In this document: positions 1 to 11,968 of the stretch, piece by piece | Layout of the letters: each line of letters opens with the position of its first letter | Position numbering within the stretch: position 1 is the stretch's first letter | Source of the DNA: Lama guanicoe | Lineage: Eukaryota | Length of the DNA stretch: 64,000 nt | Assembly (NCBI GenBank): GCA_013239625.1 | Contig: MU054323.1 | Coordinates: 7,057,220-7,121,219 of the forward strand | Reading direction: 5' to 3' | Made by a program: the position numbers and the translations under genes | The notes under the pieces: generated by a model | What the model saw: only the letters and a program-made list of their open reading frames with translations | What the model was told of the DNA's origin: nothing | Databases searched by the model: none

Positions 1-109
1 TACTTGCTTCATTAAAAAAGTTTGGAGGCTTTGTTTCATCTTATGTACTCTGGAATAATTTATGTGACAAAATTCATGCATTATGACAGTAGAGAGAATC
101 ACACAACAT

Positions 110-277
110 GCTAATGCCTCATTTCCCAGCTTCAGCAACATTACCCTGTGGCCAGCCTCGTTTCATCTATACCCACCTCCTTCTCCAGATTATTTTGAGG
201 CAAACATCAGTAACAATACTCATCTTATGTATCTTTAGAAGGTAAAGCTCTTAATTACAAACATATCCACAATACCA
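110..277 (-). mobile_element. Old L1 (L1MC-like) 3' UTR fragment
   Basis: cccagcttcagcaacatt...gtttcatctatacc...gattattttgaggcaaa resembles the recalled L1MC5 3' end. Confidence 0.55.
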
Positions 278-284
278 GGGCATA

Positions 285-880
285 CCAGGCCGAATTCCAG
301 GCCGGCCTCCAAGTGGCCCCTGGTGTCCACATACCTTCTCCCAGTTAATTAAACACTAATCTGGGTGTTGCCATGAAGGGATTTTGCAGATGGAATTAAG
401 GTCCCAAATCAGTTGTTTTTAGGATAGCGAGATTATCCTTTCTGGGCCAGACCTAGGTTTCCTAAGGGAAGTTCTTAATGGGACAGGCCTTTTTCTGGTA
501 AGAGATATTCAACAAGTGAGAGGGATTCAATGTGAGGGAGGTTCTCCATCGATGGCTTTGAAGATGGAGTGAGCCACATAGCAAGAACCTAAGTGTGTGC
601 TCTCGGAGCTGGAGTGACCCCCAGCCAACAGCCAGCAAGAAAATGGTCACCTCAGTCCTACAACCTAAAGTAAATGATTCTGCCAAAAACCTGCATAAGC
701 TTGGAAGGAACTCCTGAGCTGCAGATGAGAACACAGCAGCCTTGTGAGATTTCTGACTCAGAGAACCAGCTACTTAGTGCCAGGACTTCTGATCTACAGA
801 ACTATGAGATGGTAAATGTCTGTTGTTTGAAGCTGTTAAGTTTGCAATAATTTCTTTCAGAGCAATGGAAAACTAATACA
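285..880 (+). mobile_element. MaLR solo LTR, MLT1E-like
   Basis: gggattttgcagatggaattaaggtc, ggctttgaagatgga, cagccagcaagaaaatgg..cctcagtcctacaac, and terminal gcaatggaaaactaataca. Confidence 0.85.
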
Positions 881-1295
881 CACAACTGAAAAGTTTTTGT
901 CTACAGATTCAATTTCTTAAGAAGCTCTGTTTCCAGTTTGGCAGTGAAAGTCCATACAGACCAAGTCTCCCACTGAAAACTACAAACTCTGAAACTACCC
1001 GGGGATTCTGAAGAGTAATATTAATCAGGCAGAGGACAGAGGGGAGTTAAAAAAACACTCAGAGAAGTGACTGGCATGGGATGAGTTTCTCCTGAGCAAT
1101 ACAAGGACCTTGGAACATCCTGATTGATTAGCCTTTCCGTCTTATGTATTAATCTACACGTTTTTAGCTCTGAGTGTGCACTATACCCTATCAAAGGATA
1201 CGGTTATTATGCAACTATATAGACATCTACACACTCATCCTACTTCATCCCAACAACTGTGTGGCTGAAACAATATTCCCCATCCCATATGGGGA

Positions 1296-1612
1296 GAATA
1301 TACATAAAATTTACTATTTTAATCATTTTTGAGTGTACAGTTCAGTGGTGTTAAGTACATTCACATTGTTGCACAACTTGTTACTACCATCCATCTCCAG
1401 AACTTTTTCATGTTCCCAAACTGAAATTCTGTACCCATTAAACACTAATTTCCCCTCCTCCCTCCCTCTATCTCCTGGCAACCACAATTCTACTTCTGTC
1501 TCTTTGAGTCTGAATACTCTTGGCACCTCGTGTGAGTAGAATCACAGAGTATTTGTCCTTTTACAATAGGCTTATTTCACTCAGCATAGTGTCTTCAAGT
1601 TTCCCATATGAT
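1296..1612 (-). mobile_element. L1MB-type 3' end
   Basis: gtgtacagttcagtggtgttaagtacattcacattgttgcac...ccatccatctccagaactttttca...cttatttcactcagcata. Confidence 0.85.
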
Positions 1613-1624
1613 AGCCTTATAATG

Positions 1625-1960
1625 GGACTGACACTTCTCCCCTTGAGAGGATGTGGTGGTGGTGGGGGGGTCATGTCTTCTCTCCCTTGAATCTAGGTGG
1701 CCTTATGACCACGGTGTAATTGATGTTAGGACACTTTCAAAAACAGGTAATGCAAAGCAATGCAATTTCCTTCTAGTTCTCTTGGAAGGCTCACTCTTTG
1801 GAATGCAGACATCAAAGTGTGAAAAAGTCCCAGCAGTTCATGGGGAGGCCCACATAGAGAGGAACTGAGGCCCTCCACCCCCATCCACAACCACAGCTGA
1901 GCTCCCACATGACTGCTAGCACCAACTTGCCAGCCATGGGACTGAGACATCTTGAAAGTG
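1625..1960 (+). mobile_element. MaLR LTR fragment (MLT1F/G-like)
   Basis: ggaggcccacatagagaggaactgaggcc...caccaacttgccagccatg...catcttgaaagtg. Confidence 0.7.
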
Positions 1961-2374
1961 CCAAACCAGGGAAACAAGGATGCCAACAAGAAGTGGAATA
2001 TAGCAGTAAGGAGTATGTGGCAAGTGATACTCAGTAATATAGCGACAGTAGAAAATTGCCATTAACACCCCCGTCCAAGGAATTTGAATTCAGAGCAAGG
2101 TGCCAATTCCTTGGGAGACATCCTAGGGTACCAGCTGAACTACTGAAAGAGCTCTATTGCCATCTTCCCCCTATTCTTTGAATGCCAGGTTCATTTGAAC
2201 CTCATGGACTTTGTACTTAGTTTCCCTCTGCCTCAAAAGCTCTTTCTCAGATCTCCAGGTGCTCTGGCCATACTGATCTGGTTACCCAGGGAGGAGAGAT
2301 TTCAGCACAAGTCAACATTTCTATTTGCACATCCAGTTGCCGTTAATGACATCCAATAGCCTAATAACATGGTC

Positions 2375-2422
2375 AAGAAAGAAAGAAGGAAGGAAAGAAG
2401 GAAGGAAGGAAGGAAGGAAGGA

Positions 2423-2490
<68 letters not shown>

Positions 2491-2515
2491 AAAGGAAATA
2501 AAGAAAGAAAGAAAA
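2375..2515 (+). repeat. Compound (GGAA)n/(GAAA)n microsatellite
   Basis: Directly visible purine-only tetranucleotide array of about 140 bp. Confidence 0.97.
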
Positions 2516-2809
2516 TGACAAGAAGTAGAATGAAAGAAAGAAGGAAATCTCTAGTGCTATGCCATGAGACTCTGCTTTTTGAGCCAGCTTTCATTACTAT
2601 TTCAGGTAAAGATACAGCAGGGATGTTGACTAAAGTTGTGGATAACCATAAAAAGGTAGGAACCATGCTGAGTACGATGGACAACTGAAAGAAGGTTTAA
2701 AGTGAGCAGTCTTCTGCTGATTAGTCATACCTATTAGCAGCTTAATGCAACTTTAACATTTTGCAGTTAAAGTCCATCAAAATTACACATCTTCACATTT
2801 CTACAAGGC

Positions 2810-3660
2810 TGAATTGCTTTCTCATAGAGTATGTACATGTTCAGTTTTGGTTAGTGCTACCAGTTTTCCAAAGTGGCTTTATCAATTTACACTCCCATCA
2901 ACAGTGAATGAAAATTCCAGCTGTTCCGGATTCTCACTGGTCCTCAACTTTGTCAGTCTTCTCATTCTAGCCTTCCTTACAGGTTTGTAGTAGTATCTAA
3001 TGGTAGTTTTAATTTTTCTACCCCTGATGACTAATGAGATTGGGTGCCTTTTCATATGTTTCTAGGCCATTTTCTCTTACATAAAGTACCTGTTCAATTA
3101 TCTTGTCCAGTGTTTTATTGAGTTGTTTATTTTTTCTTTCTGATTTATAAGAATCCTTTATATATTCTAGATATATATCCTTTATCCAATATATACACCT
3201 TGCATGAGAATATTTATAGCAGTACTCTTAGTAATAGTCAAAAACTGGAAACAACTCATTTGCTCAACAGTGGCAGAATGGATAGTGTGGAATATTCTTA
3301 CAATGGAATACTATATTTTTGCTATACAATACTGTTCTACAGCTATGACTCCCATACAGATAATGGTGAATTAAAGAAGCTAGACACAAAAGAGTATGTA
3401 CTGGATGATTCCAATTACACTAAGTTCAAGAACAGAAAAATTAATCAGTGGCATTAGGAGTCAGGATTCTGGTTGTCTTTGGGCTTAGTGAATGAAAAGG
3501 GGTGTGAAGAGGGTTTCTGGGTGCTGGTCACCATCTACATCCTGATCTGGGTGGTGGTGACAAAGGTGTGTTTATGTTGTGTAAGTTCACTAAGCTACCC
3601 ACTAATGATTTGTGTATTTTTCTGTAGTCTGTTACACTTCCGTACAAATGTTTATAAAAA
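2810..3660. mobile_element. Old L1ME-type element with 5' inversion (2810-3190 minus, 3195-3660 plus)
   Basis: The minus part reads as L1 ORF2-end sequence up to ctgaacatgtacatactctatgagaaagcaattc. The plus part resumes at about gaatatttatagcag...aactggaaacaac and runs to an L1ME 3' end. Confidence 0.75.
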
Positions 3661-4227
3661 CAATTCTTACCTAATTTTCACAAGGGCCTAAGCGCTAATA
3701 AAGCAGACTTGGCCAAATGTTTCCCTCTGCTCGGAGTTTCTCATGCTGTTCCTATGATGGATCTTGGTGTCCATGGAAACCAGCCAGAGAACACATGGTT
3801 GGAAGGCAAGGAAGATGGGATTGAAGCTGGGGAAGCAGTGCATGTGATAAAGGAATAGACACTCGGCAGGCACCTTTTTCCCCCTGGACTTTCAGATCCC
3901 ACTGAAGTCAGTCAGTTCCCTGCTAATGCAACAGTCCCCACCTGTGACAACTGTGACAATTGCTTGTCATAACTTAGTGAAATGTGAATGATAGTGAATG
4001 TTCAAGAGTCTCTGCTCCAGAGCATAATCACGTTACTTACAGCAGAGTTCTTCAGATCCTTGCTCAGAGCTTATTAATTCTTATTTTAAACATCGTCATA
4101 TCCCCTTATTTTCTGATTTTCTGGGTCCACAAAAAGACATAGAAGTGGGTACGTGAAATTTGCCCTTAAGGATGCACAGGTGTCTGGCTTTGTTAAGTTT
4201 GAGACTTACTCTGGATATATCCGGATA

Positions 4228-4430
4228 CAAGTGTGTGTATGCAGGTGCATGTGCAGAAGTCATGTGTGTACCAATGTGTTGGTTCCGATGAATGTGTGTG
4301 AGAGAGTGTGTGTAGATTTGCATCTTGTGCATCTGTCAGTTTTGGGTGTGTGTTTTGAGTGTGTGTTGTGTGAGGACATTTGTGAATGAGTTTGTCATTT
4401 CTGTGTGTTTATCTACATACATGTGATCAG
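4228..4430. repeat. Degenerate (TG)-rich low-complexity tract
   Basis: Many interrupted gtgtgt runs. Confidence 0.7.
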
Positions 4431-4899
4431 ATGTAAAAATGTAAATGAGAATTTACAACTTATGAGGAATCTGTATGAGAGAACATTTGTGAGTCTGCTT
4501 ATAAGGTTGTATCTTTGAGCTACACTGTAAATTTGTATAATGGATTGATGTAGGGATAGCCGTAGGCAAAGTTTTCAAGTCATATAGTTGGACCATATAG
4601 AATTGCCATTTTTGTGGGTTTAGAATGGTTAAATATTCAGTGATTTTTCTGTATGATTCAACCTCATGTGTAAATGCATGTACATGTATATATATACACA
4701 TACATAAATTCAACCGAGCACACCCTCTGTACCACATTAGTACTGCTGTCAGAGCCAAGAAGGAGATGACATTGTGGATGTGGGACCCGGGAAGAAATTT
4801 AACATGGCTCTTGAAGGAAAGATAAGATGTAGAAGGAATGATGGCTAATGCAACAGAAAATTGCAATAGGAGAATAGCGAGAAATGAGACTGAAAATTC

Positions 4900-5157
4900 T
4901 TTATTCTGGGAAGCTTTCTCTACCCCGCTGACCCAAGTCTCCCTCTGCCATGGGCTTCTACACTACTTGGGAACTTCCTCTGTGATAACACTTGACACAC
5001 CGAAATGGAGTTGTTATTTTAAGTGGCTGTCTTCCCCACTAGACAACAAGTTCACTGAGGCCAAGAACTGAGTCTCTGTATTTCACTTACTTCCCAGCAC
5101 TAAAGCTTGGTGCAGAATAGAAGTTCAATTAGTATTTGCTGAAGAATTGAATGACTA
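4900..5157 (+). mobile_element. L2 3' end
   Basis: gtcttccccactagac...tagaagttcaattagtatttgctgaagaattgaatga. Confidence 0.7.
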
Positions 5158-5319
5158 AAAGCACAATAGATATTCTGATAAAGCTGCGTACATGTAATTT
5201 TTGTTCTGTGTAACTGATAGACGCTTTGGAAAGGGGATTAACGTGCACAGAAAACCATTTTAGAAATACTAATTGAGGAATAGTATAGGGAATAGACAGA
5301 AGTGGGGATGGTTAGCAAT

Positions 5320-5790
5320 CAGAAGCCCAGTAGTTACCCAGGTATGTAGTAATAAAAGACCTCAACTATAGTGGTGATGGGAATGGACAGTGAGGGAGGG
5401 AGGAAAGAAATGCAAAAGAAGTCTCTTGGTGATTGCTAGGTATGGGGGAAACAAAGAAAGAGCAGGAAGTGTGACCCCAAGTTTTAGAACCTGAGTGACT
5501 GAGACAATGGGAATAGCACTGATAGAAATAAGGAAGGGAAACAAGGTAAACACTGGTGAGCTCTGTTTTGAACATGTTGCATGTTTTGGATTGGTTGGAT
5601 ATGACTTGAGGGTGACAAAAAAAACAATCCTAATAAATATCAACAGGCAGTTAGATATGTGACGAGGCAGGAGGCTTAGGGTGTAACTATTCATTCAGTC
5701 CCTCAACAAATATTTGCTCAGTACTTATTACATGTCAGGCAATGGTCCAGACACTGGGCATACAGCAATGAATAAAACCAAGTTTCTGCC
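5320..5790 (-). mobile_element. L2 fragments
   Basis: cattcagtccctcaacaaatatttgctcagtacttattacatgtcaggca; gagctctgttttgaacatgttg. Confidence 0.65.
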
Positions 5791-6069
5791 AACTCTTATA
5801 GTTTCCTTACCCCTGCAGATATGTTAAGCTATTCTTTTACTTATTTAAATACAGTAAGCATAGTTCTATCACAGGCCACATCTAAAAGTTCTATACATGA
5901 AGCCTTTGCTGGTCTGTTTCTACTGTCTGTTGCTTCTGCTGAACCTCACTCATGTCCTATTTCCTTCCATGCTTGGTTACCTTTGACTTTGGGTTGGAAA
6001 ATTATTTGTAGGGATCTTTTGAGAATTAAAAGGAAATCTTCTGAGAATTAAAAAAAATTTGAAGTTTAA

Positions 6070-6275
6070 AGATGTCAGTTCTCCTTAAATTAATCTCTAG
6101 AATCAATGCCATTACAAAAGTAACGTGACAAGGTGATCCTAAAATTTGTGTAAAGGACCAAAAAATGTTAAAAAAAATTTAAAAAAAAAAGAACAAAGGA
6201 CCAATAATTGTTAAGACACTCCTGAGAAGGAGTAAGTTGGGGAAACATGCCCCATCAGATAACAAGATTAAAGAT
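6070..6275 (+). mobile_element. Old L1 ORF2 fragment
   Basis: aaattaatctctagaatcaatgccat...tgacaaggtgatcctaaaattt. Confidence 0.6.
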
Positions 6276-9200
6276 GAACTTACAATCCATGCATTCAGAT
6301 CATCTATAATCATCCTCCACTTTGCCTGTCCTAAATGTCCACTGTTCCTCAGCCTGAAATGTTTGCTCCAATCTATTTAATCTTCTCTTCATCTTCTAAA
6401 TTTGGGCTATTGCCCCACCTTGCCTTTACTCTTTCTATTTTCCTTGCCTTTAATTCACAAATCTTACCTTTCAACCAATCCCTGCTCAAATACTACCTTC
6501 AAAATCTTCTTTTTTGTTCTTATTCAGCTCTTAAAAATTTCCTTCTTCCAAACTCTTGTGCTACTTATTGTTTCTGTCATTTATTTCTCTATTTTATCTT
6601 ATACAGAATTGAAAAAGAGGACAAAAGGGAGAAAGGAACCAGAAAGGGGTATTCAGAATGGGCCATATGTCGCCTGCGATACCTCATCAGGAGGTAGAAG
6701 GTCTCCTTGAGCATGTATCCAAGATCTGACAGAATGCCTGCCAAGAGGCATTAAACACTCACTGGCTGATTTGTATAGGAAATGTCATAGAGTCTGATAA
6801 AACCTCGCAGGATCAGCGGCAACCCTGACACTGCCGCTAGTACATCAGAGCTGTTTTCACCTCTCTTCATCTGGTTAACAGTTCTGATCATGAAAACAGA
6901 GACTAAAAGATCAGTAACTGTCTGTTTGTCTGTCAGGAAGAGTTTGGGTTCTATTATGGTACCACCATAGGCAACTAGTACAAAGAAGGAGGCAGCTTTG
7001 TACCGGTGAAAGGAGATTCTCTCCAAGAGATAGACAAGGAAAACGCAAGGCGCAGACCAATGTCACCACCCACAATGAGTGGGTTTCTTATCTGTTTGTT
7101 TTAAGAACAGGCACACTCGTGGTTTTGAACATACAGAGAGACTGGTAATTGTGGGTAACAGAGGAGAGGGACTGAAGTTTGGGAGAGAAGAGTGGGAGAT
7201 TTTTCTCTGAATACTTTTTGTACCTTTTGTATTTTGTACCATGTGTAGCTATTAACTAGTCAAAAAATAAGTGTTTAAGAGAAAATAGTAAGGAGCATAG
7301 AGATTAGAATCCAACAACAAATTAGAGAATGCCAGAGAACAGAATTTGGATTTTTTGTGCTACATCTTAGGAGGCCTAAAGGGAAACTAGCCAGGGACAG
7401 CACACTCCTCATTAAGACGAAGATGAATGTGTTTCAGGGCAGATCTTCTAACCCCATCAAAAAGATCTGCAACTAACATGTGAAGTAGAGGAAGCACAGA
7501 GCCAAGCTACGCGATTGAAAAATTAGACAACTCTGAAAAGATTAGAATTACAAATGGAAGAGAATTAGTTGTTCAGCACTGGCTATTTGGTTCCAGAAAG
7601 AGAACCAAAGTAATAATCACACTAAATTGAGGAAGCCAAAAAAACCCCCCCTGTGGAGTTGCAAACCAGGCACTCGTTTTTCAACCCGCTTTCTGCTGGA
7701 AGGGGAGAGGCGGTCTGTGACAGTTCACGGCTTCTGCCCAGGTCCACTGTGGGAACCCCATCCTGGGGACCCACAGCTGCTGTGGCACTTGGTATCAAAC
7801 AGGCTTTGGAAATGCTGCTTCAGGCTGATGGGTGCCAGAAATCCAAGAAATGTATATAAAGGGCAAGGTCAAAGATCTGAGAAAAGTGCTTAAGTCACAG
7901 TCAACACATGTCAACACACTGGGACAGGAGTGAAAAAGCCTGGGAGGCAGAGAAATGCCACCAACCAAGTGACAATCTCCAGAGTCCCCTCCTGAGAAGG
8001 TGTTCATGGACTTCAAAACAGGACACGTGTTAGTTTAGTGTGAAGTTTCTTTACTCTCTGAAGAAAGCACAGCAGAATGGATGGATAATTTGGTGGATTA
8101 AAATGTCAAATTCACAACCAGCAAGAGAGGAAAACAGACCTACTGATGTGTCCATACTAGAGCGGGCTATTCACAAGGGTCAATGGGACAAGGTCTCAGG
8201 GATCAGGGACACCTGAATCAAGAAAATGTGAGAACTATTGTGGACTAAGAAGTACGTAGTAAAGACATAACACAACCCCAAGAGTCCCACTGAATTCTTA
8301 GTATTAAGGAATTATTCAGGGCTGGAGAGGAGGAAAAGGAATGAGGATGGCTCTTAGAAAAAGAGAACAGGTGGAGGAATTAAGATCTGGAGCAGCAGAG
8401 GAAGGGTGTAGCTGGGCCTCTGCCCCTTGAGCCAGATTTCTGGCTGGTGAGCCTTAGTGCATGGAGGTCAGTGGTCCTCCAACCCCAGTCAAGGAGCTCT
8501 GAGAGCCATCTGCACTCAGACTGGAGACTTCATATGCTGATTTGCTTGCAGGGTGGCAGAATGTGTCATAAGCAGTATCACTATGAATCCTTGGTCACTC
8601 GTTCCCTTGGCATTTTTCATACCCCCAATTTATTGACCATGTTTGGAATCTGTGCAGATGGAGGATGACCCCGGATTTGGTTCAGTTATAGGAAAGAGGA
8701 ACAGCTAGTGGGAGCCTGCAGTCTTGCGGATTTTCGCCCAGTGAACATATCCTTTCTTGTATGTGACAATATAACTTCTCCTAGAGAAATGCACCATTCC
8801 TCAACCCTAAGGATTTCAAGAAGAAACTGTGAATAACTAAGAATCTGGCAGCAGCTCTAGAGGCCTTCGTTAAGAATCTCACTTCCCCAACAGGGGGCTG
8901 GAGTATAAATATAAAATGATGGATGGTCTAAGTTAATATGTATCACTCTTTGTGAAGAGGCACAAATGTTTAATTAGGGAGAGAGGAAAAGAGTTGAGAG
9001 TGGGGAGAGAAAGATGTGAAGATTAAAAGGAATGAAGGAGAAAGAGAATGATATGAAATATTACTGTCCATTATGAATAGGTCTTTATTAATAGTCTTTG
9101 AAGGAGGCAAGAAGAGATTGCAACTTCTTTTAAATACGTTTTGTTGCTGGACTCTGTTGATTTGACTGTGATACCATGGAAGACGGGGAAGCTTGGAGCG

Positions 9201-9731
9201 CAGGCTTACATCTGGGTTACACCAGGCTCCACACTTCTTAGAAGAGTAGGGAATATAAGTAACAGTATTTTATGCTTTATAAATATTTGTTGTGAAGGAA
9301 TAAATTAGTTAACTAATGAAAAATTGCAGATAGCAAAGAAGAGAGATGAAACATAAGAGGAGCAGGCAGTGAACTGAAGGAGACTTGAGGTGATCACATA
9401 GCAGTAGAGCAATAAATGGGCAAATGGAGTCATTGTTCTTGGAAGATGAGAGATTAGAGAGGATTGAAATGGAGACTAGGAGCGGTTGTGTGGCTTAGAA
9501 ATGCTAAGTCCAGGAGTACTGATCTGGATATGGCTTTATGCAGAGACCAGAGAGAATTACCAAGATACTCGCTAAAGGCATAGTTCCCTGTAGGACAAAC
9601 TGAGCCTTCCATTCACTCACTCAGCAAACATTTATTGGACACTTAACTTATTTGATAGGTATTGTACTAGGTCCTGGACCTTAACAATAAACAAGGTGCA
9701 GCCTTGACTACGGGAAACTTACATTCTAGTG

Positions 9732-10323
9732 CAGAGCTCAGCAAACAAAGCCCAGCGGTCGAGTCCAGCCTGCTTTTGTAAACAAAGTTTCATTGGAACA
9801 TAGCCACACTCATTTGTCTACATGTTGTCTATGGCTTTTTAAAAATAGCTTTATTGAGATATAACTCATTTGCCATAAGGTTCATCCTTTTAAAGTTTAT
9901 AATTCAGTGGTTTTAGTATATTCACAGAGGTGCATAACCATCACCATTTTCCAATTTTAGAACATTTTCATTACACCCCAAAGAAACCTGATACTCATTA
10001 GTAACAACTCTGCATTCTCCTCTGTCACCCAGCTCCTGGAAACCACTAATTTACTTTCTGTCTCTATTTGATTTGCCCATTCTGGATATTTCAAATGAAA
10101 TCATACAATATACAGCCCTTTATGCCTGGCTTATTTTCACTTGGCATAGTGTTTTCAAGGCTCATTTTTGTACCATATATTTGTACTTCTTTACATGGCT
10201 CTACGGCAGCCTTTGTACTATGTTGGCAGAGTAACAAAGTTGCAACAGAAACCATATGGCCCGCTGAGTTTCAAATAATTACTAATATTTATTAAATATT
10301 ATCAAAAAAGTTTGTGACCCATG
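9732..10323 (+). mobile_element. MER58A hAT-Charlie MITE, split by an L1
   Basis: cagagctcagcaaac...ttttgtaaacaaagtttcattggaacatagccac...gtctatggct, resuming ggcagag...catatggcccgc...aaaaagtttgtgacccatg. Flanks ttctagtg / gtctaagg resemble a decayed 8-bp NTCTAGAN-type TSD. Confidence 0.85.
9836..10200 (-). mobile_element. L1MB-type 3' end inserted in MER58A
   Basis: agctttattgagatataactca...caattttagaacattttcattac...ttcaaggctcat. Confidence 0.85.
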
Positions 10324-10674
10324 GTCTAAGGGGTAAAAATAAGACATCTTAGAACCTTGGAATTGGAGAAGTTTATGTAAGAAAGTTAATAGCTCACTTA
10401 ATTCTGGAATCTTTCCATCAACATTCCTAATGGAAATCTCAGTCTGCTGAAAGGACACTTGATAGATTCTTGACTTGACTTGCCTTACCAATAGTTTATC
10501 AGGAAATATTGGGAGAGAACTGATTCCTAATGTAGAAGAGGTGAGAAAATAGAGGGAAAGGGTGAGGATCTGGGGCATAGTCAGACCAGTATCCTAAATT
10601 TTAGAAAAACCAAATCCTTACAAAGGAAAGAAAATTTCATCTGAGAGTTAAAAATTCAAAAAGGTCATGGGACA

Positions 10675-10870
10675 AGAAGTGGGAAGACATCATTTTCATG
10701 AATTGGAAGACTTAATATTGTTAAGATGTCAATACTACCCAAAGCAGTCTACAGATTCAGTGCAGTCCCTGTGACAATTTTTTTGCAGAAGTAGAAAAAT
10801 CCATCCTAAAATTCATACGGAATCTCAAGGAACCTTGAATCGTGGAAACAACCTTAAAAAGGAAGAACAA
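10675..10870 (+). mobile_element. L1 ORF2 fragment
   Basis: ggaagacttaatattgttaagatgtcaatactacccaaagcagtctacagattcagtgca (GRLNIVKMSILPKAVYRFSA). Confidence 0.85.
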
Positions 10871-10874
10871 TCTC

Positions 10875-11670
10875 CCTGGGAAGTGTTTGGAGTCCTGTGG
10901 GTGCACTCTGGTTGCCACAATGACTGAGAAGCCCTGGTGGCTTGGATGGCCAGAAATGCCGCATGCCCCACAGGGTGTGGACAGCCTGCACATGTAGGGT
11001 TGCCCTGTCTCCCACACAACTTTCCAATGCCTGCCAAAAATTCATATAGGGAAAAGACCTTTCTATACTTATCTAAGCCTAGCCATGAACTCCATTTTAC
11101 ATGTAAACACACACAAAACATTTACGTGGGTTTTATCATCTTCTGAATTTTCCAAAAATGCAACTGCTAGTTAAATGGAGAGAAGATTGTGTTTGGTTTT
11201 GTTGGGAACTTTCCCAAGAGTTGCTCAGTTTCAGAAAATCGTACCATTGATGGCAACAACATTGCTCGTGGTATCTGAATCAACATATCTGTATCAGCCT
11301 GTGTTTGTGTCTCTCTGATTCATGGTGATTTTATGGATATGTAGAAGCATATTTGTTAACCTTTCTTTCCAAATGTTAACTACAAAGAAAATATCAACCA
11401 ACAGTATTCAGATGAATATTGTGTTACTTTTCCTAAATGCAAACATTCATTACAAGCAGGTACAAGCATCTGTCTGTTTTATTATATCTTCTAGTATAGC
11501 TGTGGCTGACTATTTATGTACTGAAATATAATTTGTTTGATTATAAATTACTTTTATTTCTCCTTTAAATCACAGGTATATATCAGCTTTAGGAAATGAT
11601 GTGATTATGTGGGTTATATTGCTTATGAATTTCATTTCAGTATATTACAGATACTTTTAATGAAAAGCTA
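10875..11670 (+). mobile_element. MER20B-like hAT-Charlie DNA transposon (short 3' remnant at about 12020-12055, after the SINE)
   Basis: tctaagcctag...aactccattttacatgtaaacac...ctgaattttcca..aatgcaact...caagagttg...gctcgtggtat...atgaatttcatttcag matches the recalled MER20B consensus. Confidence 0.7.
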
Positions 11671-11675
11671 ATGCT

Positions 11676-11968
11676 GGGACATAGGCTACAGCTCAGTGGT
11701 AGAGTGCCTGCTTAGCATGCACGAGGTCCTGGGTTCAATCCCCAGTATCTCCATTAACATAAATAAATAAATATATGAAAAGGAGTATGTGTATGTATAT
11801 GTATATGTATGACTGAAACATTATGCTGTACACCAGAAACTGACACACATTGTAAACTGACTATACTTCAATTAAAAAAAGGTAAAAATAAATAAATAAA
11901 CAAACCTAATTACCCCACCAAAATTTTTTTTATAAACCTAATTACCCCCAAAAAATTAAAAAAAAAAG
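11676..11968 (+). mobile_element. Vic-1-type tRNA-Ala-derived SINE, interrupted by an L1 3' tip (about 11772-11880)
   Basis: agctcagtggtagagtgcctgcttagcatgcacgaggtcctgggttcaatccccag; the tail motif aaacctaattacccc occurs twice. Confidence 0.9.

Noticed and set aside
1323..1526. Short ORFs with protein-like L1 text (also 32177, 33184, 51568, 52293)
   Set aside because: Fragments of decayed L1 ORF2 or 3' UTR, not host genes.
2321..2684. ORFs rich in SFFL repeats; likewise CV/ER/TH-repeat ORFs at about 40.5-41 kb
   Set aside because: Translations of microsatellites.
6815..6838. Hairpin agcggca-N10-tgccgct
   Set aside because: A 7-bp stem is expected by chance in 64 kb, with no terminator or ncRNA context.
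11676..11753. tRNA-Ala(AGC) gene (and eight similar copies)
   Set aside because: A and B boxes and the anticodon arm are present, but acceptor stems are broken and copies carry A-rich tails and TSDs, so they are SINEs, not tRNA genes.
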